Virus record (IMG/VR): IMGVR_UViG_3300044701_003953
Location: 143,521 to 207,520 of that record
Reading direction: 5' to 3' (one strand)
Length of the DNA stretch: 64,000 bases
Shown: piece after piece, positions 28,221 through 37,126 of the stretch
Layout of the letters: every line of letters starts with the position of its first letter
Numbering within the stretch: position 1 is the first letter of the stretch
Notes under the pieces: model-generated
Databases searched by the model: none
Seen by the model: the letters and a program-made list of their open reading frames with translations, nothing else
Told to the model about the DNA's origin: nothing
Made by a program: the position numbers and the translations under genes

Positions 28221-28688
28221 TTACTTGATACCAAAATCCATTGGCGCTGGCTTAGCGACTGGTGGAATCGTTGGTGCTGGGTCTGCCGCTGGCATTGGTG
28301 CTGGCGCTGGTGCTGTGCTCGCCGTGTTGCCACCTAGCGGTGCGCTACCACTACCAAAGCTGGGTTTAGGCATAGCTGGTGCGTCTGTGGCTGATGAACC
28401 ACCGGTGACTCCGGCCATCTTCTCTTGACCGCGGCTCCAAGCAGTGATACCAAGTACGGCACCCATAGCCATATGGAATAGACCTGCGCCTTGTAGCGTC
28501 AGTGGCTGCCATTGGCGGAATGCGTCGTTGGCCGCTTGTGTCTCCCAGAATTGGACGATGGTGAACATAACTGGAAATACTATGAAGTCGAAAGCGCAGA
28601 CTGTCATGTACATCATGGCCATCATTGGACGCCATTTTTTCTGCATCCAGTCTTCGGTTTTCTTGTCGGGTTTTGCTTGATCGCTCAT
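28221..28688 (-). CDS. Holin (GTA 3TM-holin-like)
   Basis: KWRPMMAMMY..FDFIVFP.., LGITAWSRGQEK; hydrophobic segments; in the lysis region. Confidence 0.7.
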   Translation of the reverse strand: MSDQAKPDKKTEDWMQKKWRPMMAMMYMTVCAFDFIVFPVMFTIVQFWETQAANDAFRQWQPLTLQGAGLFHMAMGAVLGITAWSRGQEKMAGVTGGSSATDAPAMPKPSFGSGSAPLGGNTASTAPAPAPMPAADPAPTIPPVAKPAPMDFGIK

Positions 28689-28725
28689 TGAATAGCTCCT
28701 TTTTTTAGTATTTACTAAAAATGGG

Positions 28726-28968
28726 CTATTTGTCGCTCGTGAGGGTGTAAGTTATGGGGCGATCGCTTTTGATGATAGTGGCTTTTTTAGTGCCATAATC
28801 TTGGTATATTATACAGTTATCGGCCTTTTCTTTGAACGCCGACACCCATACTGTGTAGAGCTCTCCGTTGAGCCAATACTGTAGCAAGAAGCGACTGCGG
28901 AACAGTTTCGCTAACCATCCCAACTCGGGGATCTCTGGGATGCTGATCGCTTCTTGATTGTCGCTCAT
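28726..28968 (-). CDS. Hypothetical protein
   Basis: 80-aa ORF with ATGA coupling. Confidence 0.55.
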   Translation of the reverse strand: MSDNQEAISIPEIPELGWLAKLFRSRFLLQYWLNGELYTVWVSAFKEKADNCIIYQDYGTKKATIIKSDRPITYTLTSDK

Positions 28969-29213
28969 AGTAGTGCTGGTAAATTAGTGACCAATTGGAA
29001 TATCTTGGCTACTTGATACTCTTCGTCGGCGGTACGGCACATGCCTTTGAGAGTCTCGATGTCTGCCATCAAGTCGTTGTATTCGTTTTGCGAGATTTCG
29101 CGATTAGCCAATGCTTGACCATAGATTATAGCCTTCCCGGCGAATTCAGCGATAGCTGAATTTTCATGTGCGCAGAATATGTTGAGTTCTGCGATAGTCT
29201 GTTCAAAGCTCAT
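28965..29213 (-). CDS. Hypothetical protein
   Basis: 82-aa ORF with ATGA coupling. Confidence 0.55.
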   Translation of the reverse strand: MSFEQTIAELNIFCAHENSAIAEFAGKAIIYGQALANREISQNEYNDLMADIETLKGMCRTADEEYQVAKIFQLVTNLPALL

Positions 29214-29611
29214 TCTCTTTTCTCCCCACTAGATGATCGCAGTATCTCTGCGGCCTTGACTATGTTCTTGCTACGCTCTTTACAAAAGAATGCTGACATG
29301 GTTTCTCGCTTGGCTGTGTCCTCGACCATGCTCAATAACTTGCCATTGAGTTCTAAGGTGCGTTTGTTATAAGGACGACCTTCTAAGTATGCTTGGTGAT
29401 ACTTTAACTGGGAAGCCATGTGTGTGATAGTGGCTTTATAATCACCGGGCGTCGAGCATTTGGCTTCTAGTCCACGGGCTGTGACTAACTGTGCTACCGC
29501 ACGATCATACTCGATGGGATCATAGTTGTGATAGTTGCCCATGATACCATCGATCAATGTTGAGCAACCTGTCAGTACTACGAATATTGGGACGATCAAC
29601 AGCTTTTTCAT
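29210..29611 (-). CDS. Lipoprotein
   Basis: MKKLLIVPIFVVLTGC lipobox. Confidence 0.7.
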   Translation of the reverse strand: MKKLLIVPIFVVLTGCSTLIDGIMGNYHNYDPIEYDRAVAQLVTARGLEAKCSTPGDYKATITHMASQLKYHQAYLEGRPYNKRTLELNGKLLSMVEDTAKRETMSAFFCKERSKNIVKAAEILRSSSGEKRE

Positions 29612-29621
29612 TTTTCTCTCC

Positions 29622-29780
29622 CTACCAATGTCTTATAACACCAGCGATAATAAAAATATTAGTAACAATATAGAATAGAACGATAACAGTTCGTACCAGC
29701 GCCACCCTGTCTGCTTCTTGTTCGTCCTTGCCACTCTTTTCTCCTAGAGCCTTGGCCCACACACGCCAGAGAGATTTCAT
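29622..29780 (-). CDS. Small membrane protein (52 aa, not in the ORF track)
   Basis: MKSLWRVWAKALGEKSG..RTVIVLFYIVTNIFIIAGVIRHW. Confidence 0.6.
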   Translation of the reverse strand: MKSLWRVWAKALGEKSGKDEQEADRVALVRTVIVLFYIVTNIFIIAGVIRHW

Positions 29781-30199
29781 TTCTTGGAGTCGTCTTTTTT
29801 AGGCTCGTAATATTCTTTGTATTTGATGATGATAGCTCTTTGTGTGTTAATCAGATTCCTGAGGTCACCGATCGTCATCGCTAATTGCTGATAACCATCA
29901 CTGGTTATAGCGAATAACACTACATCTTGGCCTTTTTCTTCGAGTTTCTTGAAAACGGCATCTGCGTTCTCCGGTGTGACTACCATCCATTCGATCGGCT
30001 TGGTCTTGATCGGATCAGGAAGAGGAATATCTAGGTTGGTTCTTTCGACCGGCTTGGTCGTTATCTCAATAGGCTTTTCTCTCTTACCGAAGAGATCAAA
30101 ACTGGCGCATCCGCTGAGACTACTGACCAGAAACAGGCTGGTAGTTAGGATTAGCCAACGAGGGACATTCTTTGTTGATTTCACTTGGTTTAGTTGCAT
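29777..30199 (-). CDS. o-spanin (Rz1-like lipoprotein)
   Basis: LSGC lipobox, Pro-rich segment, overlaps the 3' end of the i-spanin gene. Confidence 0.7.
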   Translation of the reverse strand: MQLNQVKSTKNVPRWLILTTSLFLVSSLSGCASFDLFGKREKPIEITTKPVERTNLDIPLPDPIKTKPIEWMVVTPENADAVFKKLEEKGQDVVLFAITSDGYQQLAMTIGDLRNLINTQRAIIIKYKEYYEPKKDDSKK

Positions 30200-30620
30200 T
30201 TTTCTCTGTGTCCGTTAAAGGTGCGCCGCTGGCTATTTCTAGACAACGGAGTGCGTTTACGGTACCTCGGTTGATAGCACGTTCTAGACTAGACGGCTTG
30301 GCCGCGGCTGTCTTTCCGAAGTCTCGTTTTTGACCATTGGCACTAGTATTGAATCTGTCAGAGAGATTCTGTAGATCCTTGTTCTGTAACTTTATGGTCG
30401 TGTTGAGTTCGGAGTTGATATCTTTTATTTTTTGTGCGTCTGCCTGGACTTGTTTGATCGCTTCTTGCTGTTGCTGTACAGCCTCGGTGAGTTTTTTAGT
30501 GTTCTCTTGGCTGATGGCCAGATCCGCACGAAGTCCAGTGACGTACCACAAACCACCGGCGCATACTAGCACGATGACTAGTGCGACGATGGCTTTGACG
30601 ACGGCACTTATCCCGAACAT
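30120..30620 (-). CDS. i-spanin (Rz-like)
   Basis: N-terminal TM helix, coiled coil and C-terminal Cys; directly after the endolysin. Confidence 0.7.
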   Translation of the reverse strand: MFGISAVVKAIVALVIVLVCAGGLWYVTGLRADLAISQENTKKLTEAVQQQQEAIKQVQADAQKIKDINSELNTTIKLQNKDLQNLSDRFNTSANGQKRDFGKTAAAKPSSLERAINRGTVNALRCLEIASGAPLTDTEKNATKPSEINKECPSLANPNYQPVSGQ

Positions 30621-30622
30621 GA

Positions 30623-31252
30623 TCAGACGTTATCGTAAAGTATGTTCAAGCAATGGATCAGATGCTGTTTGCGATCTTCCAAGCCAATGGTGCCACCGTT
30701 GATTCGTTTGGTCATCTTGGTGTTGTCACGCTCGTCGGCCATAGCATTGAGACCGTTCTTGTACCAGAACCAGCAAGCAGATTCTACGGCACCACGTAAT
30801 GTCTCTAGATACTCGACTACGCTGTCGATGTCTGCTCCGATGTCGGCAGCAAATCTTGCGTAATTGTCATGACCAGTCAATTGGATAGCACCACGTCCGC
30901 GATACTTCCAACCATCACCGGACGCTTCGTCGCCGTTGCCCATGCGGTTAGCATAAGCGCGGTTAGCGATAGCTTCTGGATTGCGATTATATTGATCCTT
31001 GTTGGATTCATTGAAGTAACGTGGCCATACGCGGCAAAGCGAATCACCAGAGTAGTTCAAGTTTTCTTTAAGGATAGTGAAGTCGGCACTCTCGTGCCCG
31101 CATTGTGCCAAGAAGGCGGCTACGCGGTCGCGTGTGACGATTTCGTATTTAGGGAGCAGTTCGCACATGACGGCATAGAGTTCTGTGACGTCGGGGTTAC
31201 GATGTAAGCATTCTGTTAGTTTTTCTTGGGTAAAGTCAAAATCGAAGCTCAT
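30623..31252 (-). CDS. GH19 chitinase-like endolysin
   Basis: AAFLAQCGHES, ENLNYS, YRGRGAIQLTG, TKRINGG. Confidence 0.9.
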   Translation of the reverse strand: MSFDFDFTQEKLTECLHRNPDVTELYAVMCELLPKYEIVTRDRVAAFLAQCGHESADFTILKENLNYSGDSLCRVWPRYFNESNKDQYNRNPEAIANRAYANRMGNGDEASGDGWKYRGRGAIQLTGHDNYARFAADIGADIDSVVEYLETLRGAVESACWFWYKNGLNAMADERDNTKMTKRINGGTIGLEDRKQHLIHCLNILYDNV

Positions 31253-31280
31253 GTTTGTATACCTCAGGTTAAAATTTTGA

Positions 31281-32093
31281 TTAAGTATTTAGCCCTTTTG
31301 TTGCGAGCCAATGTTTCCAACGATCGAATTGGTCAGCCGTGATGAGTTTGCGGGCTTCTCGGTGTATGCTGACAGTCAGCGTATCTTCGCGTTTCATTTC
31401 CTCAAATAATCTTTCAAAATCGTGTTCTTCGCCATGTGTGATATTGACCGGGCGGAATCGCTGTGTCTGGCTATAAGGGCTGTAATCTTTGTGTATCATC
31501 AATACCATGGCAGAATAGAGATTAAACTCAGTTATGAAGTTTGGCTCCATGACGTTTTCGCAGAAAAATTCTACCAAGTTGGGTTTGGCGTAATGTCCGA
31601 TGGTGTTCACGACCCGCCGATCCATGAGATACGGGACACCGCCCGGGCCGACTATCTGATCGATATAAGGTAACCCAAAGTGCTCGAGCAAAAACCTCCA
31701 ACCATGCTCAAACACTGGCTGTATTTTTTGTGTCCTTATGTCGATCTTGCCATCGGGCCCGATGAAGGTATCTAAAGAAAATTCTCGCACGAACCAAGTC
31801 TTGGTGTCTAATACCAACGCCCACTCAGTCGATTCTTTAGCGGCCATGATCTTAGAGATCTGTTGTTGATCCCAGCCAGATGACATTTTAGGTATGCCGT
31901 AATATGTGTAATGCTTTATGTCTACGCGGTCTTGATATCTACCCCACCATGCGGGGTCTATCACGTAATCGTCGTCGTCATTGATGACCACACGTATGCG
32001 ATTTATATCACGTGCGTATAAGTGTATGCTTTGTGCTTGTGTTTTTAATAGATCTAGTTCGTCACGGAATACTACCGTGACTAGGTCCATCAT
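31281..32093 (-). CDS. Glycosyltransferase-like (DUF6492-like) protein
   Basis: GWDQQQISK, LVLDTK, TEFNLY. Confidence 0.5.
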   Translation of the reverse strand: MMDLVTVVFRDELDLLKTQAQSIHLYARDINRIRVVINDDDDYVIDPAWWGRYQDRVDIKHYTYYGIPKMSSGWDQQQISKIMAAKESTEWALVLDTKTWFVREFSLDTFIGPDGKIDIRTQKIQPVFEHGWRFLLEHFGLPYIDQIVGPGGVPYLMDRRVVNTIGHYAKPNLVEFFCENVMEPNFITEFNLYSAMVLMIHKDYSPYSQTQRFRPVNITHGEEHDFERLFEEMKREDTLTVSIHREARKLITADQFDRWKHWLATKGLNT

Positions 32094-32764
32094 CGGATAC
32101 CGGCGGCGATCCTTAGACTCTCGGTATATTCGTTTTTAGGAGCTTGAGATTCTACAGGTAGGCCGGCCGCCAGCTTGATGTCATTGATTTCTTTTTCTCC
32201 AACGCGACTAGCGTATTCGTCAGCGGTAGTTGGCACCACTTTAGAGATTTCTTCGCTAGTGACAGCGAATTCGCCGGGAACTCGATGATAATGGAAATGC
32301 CATTCGCTGATGTCTTGGGATGTGAGATTAACGAGATCATTGAGCAGGCTCACGATGTTGTCGGGCAAGTCTGCGTCTCGCTCGATCTCAACGAATACCA
32401 AGTAGTCACCGTCGTCCATCTCACCAGAGCTGACATCGGCGTCGATGACCCAGCTGTAGCCTTTTTCCACGAATGATGCCAGATCCTGTGCGGGGTCTTT
32501 GCCTGAGACTTTGAAACTGAGCACACAGACATCTTCGTCGCGGCCCATCTTGCTGCGGAACTCGTCGATGTGCAGTTCGGGATGGACTAGTCGAGCTAGG
32601 TCGCCTTGCTCGTTGCCTTCGGTGATGATGTTAGGCTGCTGGTTGTTGCTCGGCATTTTCCTGACCTTCTTCACTTTGATAGACATCCTCGTCGGCACCA
32701 GTTTCGTAGGCCTGCTCGATGTCCTCGGCGTCGATGCTTTCGCCTTCGAGCTCGAGGCTACCAC
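32090..32764 (-). CDS. Conserved hypothetical phage protein (start probably MPSNNQ)
   Basis: Long ORF with HIDEFRSKMG and DADVSSGE. Confidence 0.55.
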   Translation of the reverse strand: MVASSSKAKASTPRTSSRPTKLVPTRMSIKVKKVRKMPSNNQQPNIITEGNEQGDLARLVHPELHIDEFRSKMGRDEDVCVLSFKVSGKDPAQDLASFVEKGYSWVIDADVSSGEMDDGDYLVFVEIERDADLPDNIVSLLNDLVNLTSQDISEWHFHYHRVPGEFAVTSEEISKVVPTTADEYASRVGEKEINDIKLAAGLPVESQAPKNEYTESLRIAAGIR

Positions 32765-33170
32765 GGTGTATCTCTTGCATGAGACGCTTGGGCATGACTA
32801 TCTCGACCAGCCACACAGGAACGTGCTTCATCTTGGGCATCTTGGTGCCGGCTTCGAAATCGTCGAGGGATTCTATTTTTTGTGGCACTTCCAGCTGATC
32901 TTTTTTGTAAAACACTTCGCAGCCGTACTCTAAGAGACGCTCGCCGCCCCTGGGGTCGGGCATCATCTTGTAGGGCCACATGAACACACAAGTCACGAAA
33001 TACTTTTCGTAGTGTGGTCCCTGTACCAGCTCACCTTTTTTCCAGTTGTCAAAAACATAGATGTCGAGCTCGTCGATCACACGCTCAAAATCTAGGAGCG
33101 TGTTGAGACTGCTGTCGGTGAGATAGATCTCTCGGGTGTTTTCAATGATGTCTGCGATACTTTGTGCCAT
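32631..33170 (-). CDS. Conserved hypothetical late protein
   Basis: 179-aa ORF; CATAAATA at 33178-33185 ends 7 nt before the ATG. Confidence 0.65.
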   Translation of the reverse strand: MAQSIADIIENTREIYLTDSSLNTLLDFERVIDELDIYVFDNWKKGELVQGPHYEKYFVTCVFMWPYKMMPDPRGGERLLEYGCEVFYKKDQLEVPQKIESLDDFEAGTKMPKMKHVPVWLVEIVMPKRLMQEIHRGSLELEGESIDAEDIEQAYETGADEDVYQSEEGQENAEQQPAA

Positions 33171-33208
33171 AGTACTGTATTTATGCTGATCTAGTTTTTG
33201 TCAAGCAT

Positions 33209-33236
33209 AAAAAAATGCCCCTTGCGGGGCATTTTT
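33209..33236. terminator. Rho-independent terminator at the end of the TTT island
   Basis: AAAATGCCCC-GCAA-GGGGCATTTTTTT on the minus strand. Confidence 0.85.
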
Positions 33237-34071
33237 ATTTGGCGACATAACTCTTGATATATCGATCAATCCACACTTCGACACGATCTAGCAGTGCTTT
33301 ATCGCTGGTGGTGGTTCTTGCTACATAATTTCCTTGGTCTAGTAGACCCACAAATCCCTTGGACTCTAGTGCCGACTTGACTCGAGCACGTTGATCTGCG
33401 CTGTCAACGCCATTGACTAATACCGTGACAGGGATACGCAAATCGGGAATTTTCATCTTAAGCTGTTTTCCGATGTAGTTTTGATCCACAGGATTGGTAC
33501 TGGCCACACATTCAATGGCACCCGAGGACTCTTGTTTCTGCGCAGCAGAAGCACCCAATAGGCCTAGGTCAAGGTCGCCGCTCATGATCTGCAGCAAGAC
33601 ATCCTTGCTGCCTGAAAATGGTAGAGCTTTGATGCTGGTGCCATTTTGTGCATTGATGTCAGCCACGATGGGTCCGGGTTGCATCACTGATGGAATACCA
33701 AAAGTGGCATTGGCAGAACGGAAATTCTTGCCGGATCCTTTTTTGGTGCAGATCTTGAAAAATTGTTCGCCGTAAAACACGATGTTCTTTTCTGTGATCT
33801 GTGGTTTGCAAATCTGCCCTTTGGCAACAGATGCAAAAGCCAGGCTGGTGCCATACACCAGAACACTGTCCTTGGTATCCTGGAACTTCTTGACGCCGTC
33901 GAGACAACTATCAGCTTGGTAAAACTTCGAGCCCGCAAGATTTTCTTGAAGAGTCATAGCAACAGTAGTGGTTGGACTGTTCCTTGATGAAGTAGAAATC
34001 ACTGTGATGTCGGAGGCTTGAGCCATCAAGGGCATAAAGGCAGCAATTACAGCCAATTTGATTTTTTTCAT
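33235..34071 (-). CDS. TctC/Bug-like periplasmic solute-binding protein (copy 2)
   Basis: Signal peptide (AQA|S); PFSGSKDVLLQIMSGDLDLG matches the Bug PYxG...GxxD motif. Confidence 0.65.
   Translation of the reverse strand: MKKIKLAVIAAFMPLMAQASDITVISTSSRNSPTTTVAMTLQENLAGSKFYQADSCLDGVKKFQDTKDSVLVYGTSLAFASVAKGQICKPQITEKNIVFYGEQFFKICTKKGSGKNFRSANATFGIPSVMQPGPIVADINAQNGTSIKALPFSGSKDVLLQIMSGDLDLGLLGASAAQKQESSGAIECVASTNPVDQNYIGKQLKMKIPDLRIPVTVLVNGVDSADQRARVKSALESKGFVGLLDQGNYVARTTTSDKALLDRVEVWIDRYIKSYVAK
33698..33755. repeat. 58-bp exact repeat shared by the two SBP genes (other copy 34532..34589)
   Basis: Direct comparison. A second 41-bp exact block lies at 33569..33609 and 34403..34443. Confidence 0.9.
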
Positions 34072-34074
34072 TTA

Positions 34075-34902
34075 TTATTTCCCGTAGTTTGAATGAGATC
34101 GTTGGATATATGCATTTACATTCTTTACCAGTTCCTCGGAACCTTGGTAAGTCACATTTGCATACTCACCTTTATTTAATAGAGTTTTTACGTCGTTGGA
34201 AATAATTCCTTGTTGTACCAGAGACAGAGCCTTGCTATCTTTGATGTTGTGAAGTATCAAAGTTTGTATGCGGATATCGGGCTGTTTCATTTTCAAAGCA
34301 CTACCTAAAAACTTCGAGCTTTTGGGATCTGTGGATGCGATACACTCGATGGTGCCTAGTTTTTCCTGGGAGGCTGCGGTGCTGGTTCCGATCAGACCGA
34401 GATCAAGGTCGCCGCTCATGATCTGCAGCAAGACATCCTTGCTCCCGGCAAAAGGCACAGGGCGTAGCGTAGTGGCGTTTTGTGCATTGATGTCGGCCAC
34501 GATGGCGTCTACAGGTTGCACAGAGGCCATCCCAAAAGTGGCATTGGCAGAACGGAAATTCTTGCCGGATCCTTTTTTGGTGCAGATCTGATAGTACTGC
34601 TCGCCATAGAACAAGATATTATTGGCTCGGATACTGGTGTCACAGGGTTTGTTTTTTCTCAAACCCGTGATGGCCAAATTGGTTCCATAGACTAGTAGAC
34701 TGTTGTTGGTGCTTTCATATTTGGCCACAGCAGCCTGGCAGCTTTCGCCCTGATGGTACGCACTACCAGGGATATTTTTTTGCACAGTCATGGCCAAAGT
34801 GGCCACCGGCGATGTTTTTGCTTGTGGATTGATTACAAGGGTTTCAGCAGCTACCGAGACCAGCGGCAGGCATGCTAGAGCGGATAAGATGATTTTTTTC
34901 AT
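34075..34902 (-). CDS. TctC/Bug-like periplasmic solute-binding protein (copy 1)
   Basis: Signal peptide; PVPFAGSKDVLLQIMSGDLDLG; paralog of 33235..34071. Confidence 0.65.
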   Translation of the reverse strand: MKKIILSALACLPLVSVAAETLVINPQAKTSPVATLAMTVQKNIPGSAYHQGESCQAAVAKYESTNNSLLVYGTNLAITGLRKNKPCDTSIRANNILFYGEQYYQICTKKGSGKNFRSANATFGMASVQPVDAIVADINAQNATTLRPVPFAGSKDVLLQIMSGDLDLGLIGTSTAASQEKLGTIECIASTDPKSSKFLGSALKMKQPDIRIQTLILHNIKDSKALSLVQQGIISNDVKTLLNKGEYANVTYQGSEELVKNVNAYIQRSHSNYGK

Positions 34903-34920
34903 GGTATTTTTCCTTTTGAA

Positions 34921-36207
34921 TCAGATAGTGGAGATGACCTGTAGAGCAGTCCATATGACTTTGTCCCCCAGGATAAACGCGAATAGCATGGGAATAGGAT
35001 CGATGTTCTTTTTATCTAGTGCATAACCGATCGCGCTAAAAAACAAGAACAAGCAAACATATTTCAATGCTCCCAACTCTGAATAGTAGAAATCTATCAA
35101 CCCCAGGCCTGCTATCAACAACAACAGTATGAATCTAAATCTCGACTGTAGAAACAACAGGGCACGAGCATAGACGTCCAACAAACTGGTACTCAGGAAG
35201 TAGTAGATCACAGCCAGCAACACACAGGCCAGTTGTATGGTCAACAACATACGACCCACTTCTTCGAGATTGGCCAGGTCCGGCCAGTCAATGAGTTTGG
35301 TCTGCAGGATCTGTAACACTATGACTTCACCCACAGTGATGGGTATGCCCACGATCAACAACGGTAACATGCTAGTGATCATGGCCGAGTTGTTGGCCGA
35401 TTCTGCCGAAGTGACTTTTTTACTCAAATCTTTTTCGGTGTGGAACGCCAAGTTGCTGCTCAAAGTCGCCGACGGTCCTGGTATGAGCCCGATCATGCTG
35501 CCAATGACGCCGCCTTTGACAGCACTGGTCCATGGCATATCACCAATCACAGATTCAGCATTACGAGATTGCCATATTTCACTGTCATATTTTTTAAACA
35601 GCTCGGGCACGATCAACAAGCCCAAGGCCATGGAAAAAAACGTGGTGTTCTGGAAAGTCTCTTGTAAGTGATACCAGGCTTCTGGCAAAGCATAATTGTT
35701 TTTTGGGCCCAGTAGAATACCAAACATCACTAACACCAATGCCACCGGTCTGTTTTTACTGAGTAATACAAAAAACAACAATGCGAATCCGAAGATCACG
35801 GCCTTGACCCAGATTTTGTTGAACCAAAACATGAAATCGTACGACCCCAGCACAAACACAGCCACACATGCCACTGATGCAGCCACAGATGCTACCACTG
35901 ATCCACGTGCGGTGTATTTGATCAGTTTGATACGATCTTTGATGCCCAAGGGTTTGATCGAATTCAAGTAGATCAAACTCGACGTTTCGCCAGGTACACC
36001 AGTGGTTATGGCAGCCACGCTGCCAAAATACTGCGACCCAATGATCACGGCTGCCCAGTATAGGAATATGTCAAACACCGACATGAATTCCACAAACGGG
36101 AACATCAACATCATGCCCAAAGCAATAGGCATGGCCGGGAAAAGTCCTACCAACATCCCGGCCATGATTCCTGAAACAAAAGTTATGATTGTTGAAAGTT
36201 CGATCAA
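34921..36207 (-). CDS. TctA-family tripartite tricarboxylate transporter membrane subunit
   Basis: GMLVGLFP, YFGSVAAITTGVPGETSS, IGLIPG, SAESANNSA, PLLIVGIP; many TM segments. Confidence 0.85.
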   Translation of the reverse strand: MIELSTIITFVSGIMAGMLVGLFPAMPIALGMMLMFPFVEFMSVFDIFLYWAAVIIGSQYFGSVAAITTGVPGETSSLIYLNSIKPLGIKDRIKLIKYTARGSVVASVAASVACVAVFVLGSYDFMFWFNKIWVKAVIFGFALLFFVLLSKNRPVALVLVMFGILLGPKNNYALPEAWYHLQETFQNTTFFSMALGLLIVPELFKKYDSEIWQSRNAESVIGDMPWTSAVKGGVIGSMIGLIPGPSATLSSNLAFHTEKDLSKKVTSAESANNSAMITSMLPLLIVGIPITVGEVIVLQILQTKLIDWPDLANLEEVGRMLLTIQLACVLLAVIYYFLSTSLLDVYARALLFLQSRFRFILLLLIAGLGLIDFYYSELGALKYVCLFLFFSAIGYALDKKNIDPIPMLFAFILGDKVIWTALQVISTI

Positions 36208-36265
36208 TTGATTTCTCTATTCGATGTAAAAATTTATCAATGGAAAATCACTGGTGCGCCCCACT

Positions 36266-36955
36266 TCAGTGGGTGGGTTTGAGAGCGCCGGTCTTGCTGG
36301 CCAAGATGAGTTGTGTGCGGTTCTGCACACCGTATCGTCGAATGATGGCCGATACATGACCTTTGACGGTGTCTTCGCTGACCTGTAAGATCTCAGCTAT
36401 CTTGCGATTGGGCAGGCCGCGTTGTGTGATCAACTTGAACACTTCGGCCTGGCGATCCGTGAGACCGATCTCTCGCTTGCGCACCACTGCTCGCTGGAGT
36501 TCGGGTTTGACCACGATGCTGGGCCAGTGGCTTTCACCGCGGGCCAGAGTCTGATATGCTGTCACTGAATGTTCAGCATCAAAGAATCGCATGCCCGGAA
36601 TCACGCCTAGAACATCGTTGCGTTTGAGTTTGGCCAAGAGATCGGCGTCCAGGAGTTCGGGTACTACCACAGCGATGTCCACCCGCTGGCGCTCGGCCAC
36701 GAAGCGCGACAACGATGACAGCATGCTCAACACTTCGTCGATCATCATGTCATTGCGTTCCAGACAGTCCAAGCGGAACACCACCAAGGCGTCCTCGGGC
36801 TCTTCGAGCTGGCGCATGAGATTGGGCCAGCCGGCTGTGATGGTTATGGCGATGCCTACCGCGGCATGATGGTCGACCACACGCTGGATAGACTCCAACT
36901 CGACCTCAGAATCGGTGCTGGGCGAGAAGTAAATGATTTTTCGGGATTTGGCCAT
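36266..36955 (-). CDS. LuxR/NarL-type HTH regulator with divergent N-terminal domain
   Basis: LTDRQAEV..GLPNRKIAEILQVSEDTVKGHVSAI..VQNRTQL. Confidence 0.85.
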   Translation of the reverse strand: MAKSRKIIYFSPSTDSEVELESIQRVVDHHAAVGIAITITAGWPNLMRQLEEPEDALVVFRLDCLERNDMMIDEVLSMLSSLSRFVAERQRVDIAVVVPELLDADLLAKLKRNDVLGVIPGMRFFDAEHSVTAYQTLARGESHWPSIVVKPELQRAVVRKREIGLTDRQAEVFKLITQRGLPNRKIAEILQVSEDTVKGHVSAIIRRYGVQNRTQLILASKTGALKPTH

Positions 36956-37126
36956 TTTGTTGATTTTACTATGACCTGGTGTTGCCTGTCAAGGCCGTAA
37001 ATGCGGGTATGGAGGAATTTGGTTAGCCAAATATTTAGTAGTCAGTGACAAAAAAGAACTCTTCTGTTTTTATACGAGCATATGGGTACCTAAATATCTG
37101 TGTCACTTCCGCCAAAGGAGGCACAC

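Noticed and set aside
33569-34589. SBP repeats as a DGR template/variable repeat pair
   Set aside because: The blocks are exact, in-frame and internal to two full genes, with no adenine-specific mismatches and no reverse transcriptase in the window.
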